Shown in pieces: positions 46,348 through 53,760 of a stretch of DNA of 53,760 nt (within the stretch, counting starts at the first letter, position 1; every line of letters begins with the position of its first letter). The notes under the pieces are model-generated. The model did no database searches, was not told the origin of the DNA, and saw only the letters and a program-made list of their open reading frames with translations. The stretch comes from Clostridia bacterium. Its GTDB lineage: Bacteria > Bacillota > Clostridia > Oscillospirales > CAG-272. Where the stretch lies: contig JAKSPY010000002.1 of NCBI GenBank assembly GCA_024404445.1, forward strand, positions 1 through 53,760, read 5' to 3'. The position numbers and the translations under genes are program-made.

Positions 46348-47124
46348 TCATTTTGATTTTCCGAAAAGAGCCATGCATCCGAGGGAAAGCGGCATCGTTG
46401 CGCTGATCAGCACGATCCCGACGATGTAGACGGTGTTCCAGATATCATAGGTACCTACGGTCTTCTCCCCGACATACACCGTTACCGCCACGCCCGCCAG
46501 CAGAATCGCCTGCGCGACCGCCGTGATGATGATAATGATCTCGTTTCGTGTCAGTATACGTTCGGTCCCGGCACGTCGGGATATGATCTGATTGGATATG
46601 ACCATCAACGGACATCCGAGCACCACGGACATATGAAAATTATTCAACAGAACAAAAAGCGCCGCTTGTGTTGGGTCAAAATGGAAATTGATATACATAA
46701 TCACGCCGACACCGAACGCACTGATCAATGAAAAGACAAGGCATATCAGCGCATATTTAAGCACGCGCGCGGCACAGTCGAGACGGTGCCGGTGATCCTC
46801 GCCCTTCATTAGAATTTTCCACAAATAATACGGAACCATTGTGTACAAAAATTGCGGTATAAGACCCTCAAAAAGTATAGCAAGTGAATAGCCGTTTATT
46901 GCGTCACAAATGAAATTCGCCGTCATTATTCCGAGTGCCGACGGTAAGCCGAAGCTGATACCGAGAAACGGGTAGAGCACGGCAGACGGGCGCACCTCCG
47001 TTACGGTAAAAACCGAAAATAATCCATGAAACGGTAAAGTCGTGATAAAAAATGCGATTCCCGATAACAGATAGATCAAAACAAAACGTATGGCTTTATT
47101 ATTTTTCATGTTGGTATTCTCCAT
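46348..47124 (-). CDS. Polytopic membrane protein, QueT/ECF-S-component-like
   Basis: 258 aa. The segment VRPSAVLYPFLGISFGLPSALGIMTANFICD resembles the QueT-type substrate-capture protein signature. The assignment is tentative. Confidence 0.45.
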   Translation of the reverse strand: MENTNMKNNKAIRFVLIYLLSGIAFFITTLPFHGLFSVFTVTEVRPSAVLYPFLGISFGLPSALGIMTANFICDAINGYSLAILFEGLIPQFLYTMVPYYLWKILMKGEDHRHRLDCAARVLKYALICLVFSLISAFGVGVIMYINFHFDPTQAALFVLLNNFHMSVVLGCPLMVISNQIISRRAGTERILTRNEIIIIITAVAQAILLAGVAVTVYVGEKTVGTYDIWNTVYIVGIVLISATMPLSLGCMALFGKSK

Positions 47125-47204
47125 TCGGATCGTCAGACGGACAGGAAAGATCCTAATCCGGTTTATATGGACAGATTCATCGTTAGCTATTTATATTTTT
47201 GCGT

Positions 47205-48680
47205 TTATAAAACGACAGTCGGGATATCGAGAAGCTCGCCGACCTTACAAAACAGACTCGCGTTATGCCCGACGGTAAGCGCACAATGATGCGTCGGCGC
47301 TTCGGCAAACCATTTCTCCATATATGAATCCGGATCTGTCGAAAATCTGACCGGCGTTTGCGTATTGCCGATCGTCATGATCGGGCCGTTTGTCGCCTCT
47401 GCCTCGCTGATGATCAGTTTCAGCTTTCCATCGCGTGTCTGCGTGACGTTCAGCGTCGTGATGGGACCGGGCTTGACCTTAGCCTCCACGGAAATGCCGC
47501 TTCCCTTTTTGCCGTGATATACCTGCATCCCGCGCAAAATCGGCTTGCGGTCGGATATGCGGATGTGAAACGGGCCGTCGTGACCGATCAGGATCGTACC
47601 GTCACGATAGTCTGCGACCACGATCTCGGCAAAGCTGCCGCCAACACCTGCCAAATCGCCGATCTTCATGGCCAGCGCAGTTTTCAGATCCGCTTCTCCC
47701 GCGCAGGGGATCCCACGGGAGGTCAGCAGTGAATGGCCGACTATAAATCCGCTTTGTAATTCTTCATACGGATTACCGTCAACACTGTGATAATAATAGG
47801 CAAGACCGCCGAGCCCATAGTCAGCAACCATCTTTTCCTGTGCGACGGCGACCGCGGCAGACCAATCAAGCTGATCATCAGACGGCTTTCTGACCCTCGT
47901 ATCGGACGGTGAACCCTCCGCGATCTCAAATATCCGGCAGATCTCATCCCGCTTTTCCTTTATCTCCGCATCGGTTACCTCTGTCAAAAAGGCGTTCAGA
48001 TCACACATTTCTATGATCTTGACACGTACACCCGCCTTGGCCGAAAGCATGGTGAAATCCGAGTACATATCGAGCATACCGGAGTAATTGCCGCCGAGAA
48101 AGCCGAAAACAGTGCGGGAAAGCTCGGCCCTGATACCGGCGGCAAGCGCCCATTCTTCTATTTCTTTCCATGCGCGCACCGCCGCGGGATGCTCTGACGT
48201 TTTCTCACATGACATGGCGATCTCAGGCGTTTCCGAAAGTCCGAGCAAACCGCTGACGAAATAAAACGAAATGCCCGCACGTTCAAAGGCATTGGATATT
48301 TCGGGCACGGGGCAGGCACAGCACTGAGCCAGCCACTCACCGGTATCGGTGCGCTCATAGTCGATCCTCGGCGATGGTTGCAGATTCAATACGACTACCG
48401 GCACCTTTACCGACAGATGAAGCGGAAGCACAGAATCGGACGTGAAATATGTCGCGCTGTGCAGAAAAATGATATCGACCTGCTCCGCGGCAAAATAGCG
48501 GATGGCGTCGTCTGCCCGATCCATATCATCCAATAGGCCGAAATTGCAGACCGTGCCGCAGGACGAAAGCTTTTGTTCTATAAACCGATTGTAGCCGAGA
48601 AGACGCTCCTTGAGTCCGGCAAATTGTGACCAATAGGCGCGAAGCCCGGCGCTGTACAGTCCGATACGAACGCTTTTCAT
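47205..48680 (-). CDS. L-fucose/L-arabinose isomerase-family protein
   Basis: 491 aa. The N-terminal Rossmann-like region (MKSVRIGLYSAGLRAYW...VDIIFLHSATY) and overall size match this isomerase superfamily. Substrate is unknown. Confidence 0.65.
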   Translation of the reverse strand: MKSVRIGLYSAGLRAYWSQFAGLKERLLGYNRFIEQKLSSCGTVCNFGLLDDMDRADDAIRYFAAEQVDIIFLHSATYFTSDSVLPLHLSVKVPVVVLNLQPSPRIDYERTDTGEWLAQCCACPVPEISNAFERAGISFYFVSGLLGLSETPEIAMSCEKTSEHPAAVRAWKEIEEWALAAGIRAELSRTVFGFLGGNYSGMLDMYSDFTMLSAKAGVRVKIIEMCDLNAFLTEVTDAEIKEKRDEICRIFEIAEGSPSDTRVRKPSDDQLDWSAAVAVAQEKMVADYGLGGLAYYYHSVDGNPYEELQSGFIVGHSLLTSRGIPCAGEADLKTALAMKIGDLAGVGGSFAEIVVADYRDGTILIGHDGPFHIRISDRKPILRGMQVYHGKKGSGISVEAKVKPGPITTLNVTQTRDGKLKLIISEAEATNGPIMTIGNTQTPVRFSTDPDSYMEKWFAEAPTHHCALTVGHNASLFCKVGELLDIPTVVL

Positions 48681-48810
48681 TTATTAACCCCTCTTCCGTT
48701 TTATTCTGTGATTCTGTTTCTGAATATCATGAGAAAACCGACAAGTGTTACGTTATGCCGGATCCCGGTTTATGTAAGACCGAGAAAAAACAAAAAAGCG
48801 ACGAGGCAAT

Positions 48811-50622
48811 TTATCGGCAAACAAAGGTTATGATCAGTTTATTCGTTTCAAAAACGTGCATATAGCCGATATCGGACGCGACATTGCTGACAATCCGTAT
48901 GCCGATATTTTTCGTTTTGTCTGCACCCTTCGCATTTGCTTTCCCGATCAGTTCAGTAATATCATAATGCGGACAATTGTCGCTCAGTCTGATCACAAAT
49001 CTGTCGTCAGTGATAACGGCACGAAAATCGATGATAGGATGTGCGGAACGGTTTTTGACGAATCCGTATTCTACGATATTATTTGCCAGCTCTTCGACCG
49101 AAAGCGCGGCAAAATATGCGATTTTACTATCGATCTTGTGCCCTTTGCAGAACAACATGACCTGTTCTGATGCGAGAACGACGTCATACATATCACGAAT
49201 GTCGAGAGAAATGACATCGCCGGGTTTCAAATAGAATTCGTCGGAAAGGCTGAGATAATCATCCCGCTTCGGTAATTTGCCGCGTTTTTTCACGGTATAG
49301 AAAACAAATATCGCCAGCAGAGTGAGCGCGTCACTGACCGTGTAGCAGGCCAGAATACCGTAAACGCCGAATCGCTTTCCCAGCACAAACGCGGACAATA
49401 AAACGAACACGAGGTGTCCCGCCAATATCAGCAGATTCATATTGATTCTTTTATAAACCGACTGAAGATATTTGATTCGGCCCTCAATGAGCGCCTGAAG
49501 CGGGGTCTGAAGCGCAAGCATCCTTATCGCAAACGTCACCATTGTCCGAACCTCGTCGTTTTCGGTAACGTAGAGGCCTGCAATAGGTTTCGCAAATACA
49601 AGCAGCAGTACGCATACAGAGCCCGCGAAAGCGGCAATCATTTTATGAGCATAAGTTGTGACCTCGTCGATAGCCTCCACATTGACCTCGCCGAAATATA
49701 CTCCGGTCAGCAGAGAAACGGCAGACGCGATGCCCGCACCGAAAATCTGAGCGAAATTCGCAAAATTATTGCGCACCGAAAGAGCCGCCATAGCCACTGT
49801 GCCGCCGTACCCGATAATAATGATATTCAGTACGATCGGGCGGATTATATTGGCGATACGTTTGACCGCTTTTTCGTTGCCGTTGGCAAGCATCCTGATA
49901 AATTCAATAACCGGAATATTCGGCTTGACCAAATGAAGCATTCTGTCCTTCTTTTTGATAAAATGACTGCATTGATAGAGCAGATTCATCATACTTGCGA
50001 CAGATGTCGCCAAACCGACACCGAATATTCCCCAGCCTATTTTAATGGCGATCAAATCAAGCACCACATCGGCAACAGCCTCGATCAGCGCGCCCGTCTG
50101 AATGGTTTTGCGTCCGCTGTCAAGCTGTATGGCGGAGGCAAGAATGACCGTCATAATGAGAGGCGGAACGCCGAATCCGAGCCCCATTGCGTATTTTGAC
50201 GCAGGCTCAAGTAGATTCGCCGCGTTTTCAGATACGCCGAGCAAAACGGCAAACGGCTTTGAAAATACAATGATCAATACTGCTGTGAGCAACGAAACAG
50301 CCGTTCCGCAATAGACCGTAGCACTGAAAAAACGCACAAATTCATCACGATTACCGCGACCTATCGAGCGGGAACAGCGCACCTGCATTCCGATGGCAAG
50401 CACACCGCTGATGACACCGAGGATGCTGAAAAGCGGATGAATGATACCCTCGGCCGCCATTTCATCCGGGCCGAGATACCGACTTATCATAAGCCCGTCG
50501 ATAAATCCGGCGCCGACCTGCGAGAACTCAATGATCATTCCCGTCAGAAGCAGTGAGAAAAACGTTTTATCTGTTATTATCCATCGATGGCGTTTCCATT
50601 TTGACGAAAAAAACGAGCTCAT
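48811..50622 (-). CDS. MATE-family transporter fused to a C-terminal GHKL (HATPase_c, RsbW/SpoIIAB-like) domain
   Basis: The first 460 aa or so are a 12-TM MATE (FIDGLMISRYLGPDEMAA...). The last 135 aa or so carry an N-box-like motif EELANNIVEYG, a degenerate G1 motif SDNCPHYD and a G2-like motif IGIRIVSNVA. Confidence 0.7.
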   Translation of the reverse strand: MSSFFSSKWKRHRWIITDKTFFSLLLTGMIIEFSQVGAGFIDGLMISRYLGPDEMAAEGIIHPLFSILGVISGVLAIGMQVRCSRSIGRGNRDEFVRFFSATVYCGTAVSLLTAVLIIVFSKPFAVLLGVSENAANLLEPASKYAMGLGFGVPPLIMTVILASAIQLDSGRKTIQTGALIEAVADVVLDLIAIKIGWGIFGVGLATSVASMMNLLYQCSHFIKKKDRMLHLVKPNIPVIEFIRMLANGNEKAVKRIANIIRPIVLNIIIIGYGGTVAMAALSVRNNFANFAQIFGAGIASAVSLLTGVYFGEVNVEAIDEVTTYAHKMIAAFAGSVCVLLLVFAKPIAGLYVTENDEVRTMVTFAIRMLALQTPLQALIEGRIKYLQSVYKRINMNLLILAGHLVFVLLSAFVLGKRFGVYGILACYTVSDALTLLAIFVFYTVKKRGKLPKRDDYLSLSDEFYLKPGDVISLDIRDMYDVVLASEQVMLFCKGHKIDSKIAYFAALSVEELANNIVEYGFVKNRSAHPIIDFRAVITDDRFVIRLSDNCPHYDITELIGKANAKGADKTKNIGIRIVSNVASDIGYMHVFETNKLIITFVCR

Positions 50623-50671
50623 AGTTTACCTCAGTCGGCCTCTTTCCTTAAAACTATGCTATATTTTATGT

Positions 50672-50700
50672 ATTGTACCATATTATCCCATTGTTTTCAA
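50672..50700 (-). promoter_or_regulatory. Extended -10 promoter upstream of the MATE-GHKL gene
   Basis: The minus strand reads TTGAAA (50695-50700), 17 nt spacer, TACAAT (50672-50677), with TGg upstream of the -10. Confidence 0.55.
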
Positions 50701-50924
50701 GAAAAATCTGCCGTCTTCCTCGCATATGAAACACAAAAAGGCTTTACAGCTCAAAACCATCGCATGGGTCATAACAGCCTTAAACAATTATCAATCCATT
50801 GTTTGAAAATCAAGCAGTCGTTGACTGTTGATATGAAGCAATGTCGCCCGCGTTTGTGCTGTTCCCTCTTATCATTTCGTTAATAACTCCGCAATCACAA
50901 TTAACGTGTAGTTTCACCAAACGT

Positions 50925-50966
50925 ACACAAAAATAAAAGCGACGATTAAAATTCGCCGTCGCTTTT
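50925..50966 (-). terminator. Intrinsic terminator after PrsW copy 2
   Basis: Arms aaaagcgacg (50935-50944) and cgtcgctttt (50957-50966). On the minus strand the hairpin is followed by UUUUAUUUUUGUG. Confidence 0.7.
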
Positions 50967-50992
50967 ATGTTTTTGCTTATTTTTATTTGTGA

Positions 50993-51622
50993 TTATTCTT
51001 TTCTGCAAATTTTCTTTATAAATAGCATAGAAGGAATAAATAACAAAGTCGGCATTAAAAATCCCGCTACGTAATATTCGCAACAAACGAGATAGTTATA
51101 AATAGAGTGATATATTATTGCCGTTGCGATAAGACCTATCGAACCCGAAAGAAACAATTTACGCTTGTGATAAATAAACGATAACCCGAACCCGACGAAG
51201 AGCATTGTCATAACGTGCATCATACCTGCACCAAACGCTCTTAAAACAGCCGTCAACACGTCTATTTGATTGACACTGCTTGCGAAAACGAAGGCGTTTT
51301 CCAAAATTGCAAAACCAACGCCAACAGCTATAGCACGTTCGATAATATCCTGCCTTGTCGGTTTTATTGTAAAAGCGCAGATAAATATCGGTAAGATTTT
51401 GAGCAGTTCTTCTATCATAGGCGAAAAGGTAGTAACGTATGCGTTTTGAGAATAAGGCAAAAGTCTGAATATAACTCCGTTTAACTCTCCACAAAATAAC
51501 GCAACGGTTAAACCTATAATTACAAAACACACAAGCGACTTGGTTTTACTTTTGCTCATAATTAAAACTATAGAAAGCGGTACGGTTATACTTAAATACA
51601 AAAACAGATTCAGAAATTCCAT
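50993..51622 (-). CDS. PrsW-family intramembrane protease (copy 2)
   Basis: MIEELLK (EExxK), GFAILENAF, GAGMMHVM and IYHSIYN. At 209 aa it is collinear with copy 1. It overlaps its upstream partner by 13 nt. Confidence 0.8.
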   Translation of the reverse strand: MEFLNLFLYLSITVPLSIVLIMSKSKTKSLVCFVIIGLTVALFCGELNGVIFRLLPYSQNAYVTTFSPMIEELLKILPIFICAFTIKPTRQDIIERAIAVGVGFAILENAFVFASSVNQIDVLTAVLRAFGAGMMHVMTMLFVGFGLSFIYHKRKLFLSGSIGLIATAIIYHSIYNYLVCCEYYVAGFLMPTLLFIPSMLFIKKICRKE

Positions 51623-52254
51623 TTTTCTGCCCCCTTAACCGCCGAAAATGCTAACGCCATAGATACTAACGCCAAGACGAGATCAGCGATTCCGGATATT
51701 ATGCCGGGGTTAATCCAACAGGCAATATCCAAAATACCGGTTATGCAAAACGTCATTGAAAAAATATCAGTCAGCCTTAAACCTTTAATTAAGCCCAACT
51801 CGTCCACCGGCGTAAACAAGTGCCTTAAATTATAGCAAACGACCAAGCACGCAGGTATTTGTTCTAATATGAAAATAAAGATTGTGATTTTAAATTCGTC
51901 AAAATAGAATATTCCGACGACTATTGACAGTGCAAACGTCAATAGTCCTGCCAAAATACTTAAAAGGGTAAACTTTGTTTTCGGTTTATCGAACAATTTT
52001 TCAACAGCACCGTGGTTTGCGCAATACAAAAACCAATAACAACCTAAAAGTCCAAAGAAACCGTCGTTAAAATAAGTTTCGGTGACTTCGCAAAATGTCA
52101 TTACTATTACAAACAACTGATAGAGTGCATAGCACCCGATCGCAGCAACTATTATTTGGAAATATAAAGGTTTACCCTTTCTCCACAGCTTTATAGCCCC
52201 GTAGAAAAAAGCAAACAGCAATACTATTTCCGCAGCAATTTCAAAATATAACAT
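51610..52254 (-). CDS. 7-TM membrane protein of unknown family (PrsW partner, copy 2)
   Basis: 214 aa, a paralog of 43941-44597 (shared motifs are listed there). AAAGGGGAAAA RBS. It lies 46 nt downstream of the beta-helix protein gene. Confidence 0.7.
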   Translation of the reverse strand: MLYFEIAAEIVLLFAFFYGAIKLWRKGKPLYFQIIVAAIGCYALYQLFVIVMTFCEVTETYFNDGFFGLLGCYWFLYCANHGAVEKLFDKPKTKFTLLSILAGLLTFALSIVVGIFYFDEFKITIFIFILEQIPACLVVCYNLRHLFTPVDELGLIKGLRLTDIFSMTFCITGILDIACWINPGIISGIADLVLALVSMALAFSAVKGAEKWNF

Positions 52255-52300
52255 TTTTCCCCTTTTAGTTAGTTAAAGTTAGAAGTTAACTTTTCACTTC

Positions 52301-53760
52301 TCACTCACTTTTCTTCTTTTTCTTAACGTGCAAGAATATATACACGCCTGCGGTGATAAGAGCAACGCCGCCTACCACGCAGATAATTATAATTGAACCG
52401 CTTGATAAAAGCGTACCAGTACCGTTGCCAATACCGATAGAATAAGTTCCGTTACGGTTTTCAATCGTATAATTTGTCGCCTTACCGCCGTCGGCGATAG
52501 CGTCCGCAGTGCCGACAAGATATAAATTGTTTTTACGTCCGTCTATCGATCCCGTAAAACCCGTTAACTTTGCAAACCAAATCAAATTATCCGCTGTAAT
52601 TGCGAATTTACCCGAATTCAGGGACTTATTAACGTATTTAGTGTTAACGTACGTTAAATATACTAATTTTTGACTTGATATTGTATACGGGTTGGGGTCT
52701 GTTCCCGCACCGCGGTATTCTAAGAAATTTTCCGGGGTGTTTCCGGAACATCCGGTTTGTTTTGAAGAATAGCTATTCCAAGCATTATCGAATATTCTAT
52801 CCATGCTACTATTATACAAATGACAACCGTTCATACTTTTGAACCCGGTAATTTCATTTGCAGTACCGCAAGTTGCCTTGTCGTAAACGAAATAGCAATT
52901 CGTGTAAGCGGTATCCGATTCTTCGTCATAAACCGCACCGCCCTTATATGCACTGTTTTCGGTGAAATAACAGTTCGTCATGACATATTTTCGTTCTTCG
53001 AGATATATAGCACCGCCACATACGTTTCGTCTTTCGAGATATGCATCGCCATATGCGTCATTTCCGGCCGAGTTGTTAAAGAAAGTACAATCTTCTACAC
53101 GAATGTAGCCTGCGGCAAGATACATTGCACCACCGGCCGCACCGCTTTTATTGTTTGAGCATATAAAACCTTTAAAAGTACCGTAACTGTAAGTGTCGTT
53201 ATCGTAAATTGCACCGCCGTATTGTTTTGCATAACAATTATTGATAATGTTTTTCCCCTTGCCCTCCAAGTCGCCGACATCTACGTACATAACGTTTAGG
53301 TAAATACAACCGCCGTCGTTTCCGTTGTTTCTGCAGTTATCGAACACGCAATTCGTCATATTAAACTTTGCATGATTTTCGTAACTTCTTGTACTACCGC
53401 TAATATCGTCTATGTAAATCATAGTACCGCCGTCGTTTGTGCAGTCGTAAAAACGGTTGTTAATAAAACTTACTTCATAATTGCCCGTTTGGTTGAAATA
53501 AAATGCACCGTTTCCGTTAAATGTGCAGTTGGTAAATCTACAGTCGTTAACTTTAACTTTTCCTTTGCCACTACCGGTTACGTTAAACAATCTGTCGCAT
53601 TCTATGCCGTCAAACGTTATTTGGTTCAAATACAATCCGCCGCATACACTGCCAAACGTACCGCCACCGGTATATTTGACCGTTCCGCGAGTCAATGAAA
53701 AATCACCGTTTCCAATCGTAAAGGGCTTTTTTATTGTTATCGTATGACCGTTTAAAAGGA
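52301..53760 (-). CDS. Membrane-anchored parallel beta-helix surface protein with GGA(I/V/M)Y repeats; 5' end lies outside the window
   Basis: Repeating units of the form xTNCxFxxNxAxxGGA(I/M/V)Y occur (GGAIYDND, GGAMYLAAG, GGAIYLEER, GGAVYDEE), as in polymorphic-membrane-protein-type repeats. The C-terminus has a TM (IIIICVVGGVALITAGVYIF) plus HVKKKKKSE. The frame stays open upstream of the track TTG to position 53760. Confidence 0.75.
   Translation of the reverse strand, partial: LLNGHTITIKKPFTIGNGDFSLTRGTVKYTGGGTFGSVCGGLYLNQITFDGIECDRLFNVTGSGKGKVKVNDCRFTNCTFNGNGAFYFNQTGNYEVSFINNRFYDCTNDGGTMIYIDDISGSTRSYENHAKFNMTNCVFDNCRNNGNDGGCIYLNVMYVDVGDLEGKGKNIINNCYAKQYGGAIYDNDTYSYGTFKGFICSNNKSGAAGGAMYLAAGYIRVEDCTFFNNSAGNDAYGDAYLERRNVCGGAIYLEERKYVMTNCYFTENSAYKGGAVYDEESDTAYTNCYFVYDKATCGTANEITGFKSMNGCHLYNSSMDRIFDNAWNSYSSKQTGCSGNTPENFLEYRGAGTDPNPYTISSQKLVYLTYVNTKYVNKSLNSGKFAITADNLIWFAKLTGFTGSIDGRKNNLYLVGTADAIADGGKATNYTIENRNGTYSIGIGNGTGTLLSSGSIIIICVVGGVALITAGVYIFLHVKKKKKSE

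Noticed and set aside
46164-46406. 80-aa plus-strand ORF in the 46.0-46.35 kb spacer
   Set aside because: It has no RBS and an odd composition, and it overlaps the 3' end of the minus-strand QueT-like gene. It is treated as part of the unexplained spacer rather than as a gene.
49414-50199. 261-aa plus-strand ORF
   Set aside because: It is fully antisense to the MATE transporter gene. It is R/H/D-rich with no TM or motif content, which marks it as a shadow ORF.
43941-52254. The two 7TM/PrsW modules as inverted terminal repeats of a mobile element bracketing 45.3-50.9 kb
   Set aside because: Similarity is only at the protein-motif level, and nucleotide sequence and G+C content differ markedly. 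I saw no transposase, integrase, direct repeats or tRNA target.
1-53760. Search by eye for CRISPR arrays, tRNA/rRNA genes, riboswitch-like leaders, toxin-antitoxin pairs and phage or transposon genes
   Set aside because: I found no regularly spaced direct repeats, no cloverleaf-like or rRNA-like segments, and no recognisable integrase, transposase or phage structural motifs. A computational scan (tRNAscan, Infernal, CRISPR finders) could still find small elements that I missed.

Overview
The window is a 53.8 kb chromosomal segment that looks like a Firmicutes/Clostridia genome, judged from gene content (hprK, gdpP with a yybS-like partner, rnj, lepA-hemW, spoIIIE/ftsK, YetF/DUF4363, mltG). 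Many promoters match TTGACA-17-TATAAT by eye. I saw no rRNA, tRNA, CRISPR array, integrase or transposase. Positions 1 to about 33.3 kb hold tightly packed housekeeping operons. Positions 33.4 to 53.8 kb look accessory: a BspA-type LRR surface protein, a peptide-export operon, a run of polytopic membrane proteins, and a low-G+C block at the right edge.

The strongest candidate for an undescribed system is a roughly 7.8 kb minus-strand operon (about 35.8-43.7 kb). It encodes a short HlyD-like protein, a C39-peptidase ABC exporter and a second peptidase-less ABC protein. These are followed by three small ORFs that share an (E/V)EL(S/T)D...V..GG double-glycine leader but have unrelated, mostly hydrophilic or acidic cores. 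A secreted lipoprotein 5'-nucleotidase sits between these ORFs, and no peptide-modifying enzyme is present.

Immediately divergent from this operon is a 7-TM protein + PrsW-family intramembrane protease gene pair. A diverged paralogous pair recurs 6 kb away in the low-G+C block, apparently co-transcribed with a membrane-anchored beta-helix (GGA[IV]Y-repeat) surface protein.

Other oddities are a MATE transporter fused to a GHKL ATPase-like domain, a His15-less Crh-like HPr paralog, an amino-acid ABC ATPase with two large insertions, and an RNase J with a long basic N-terminal extension.

All functional calls come from motif recognition by eye. No database search or computed alignment was possible.
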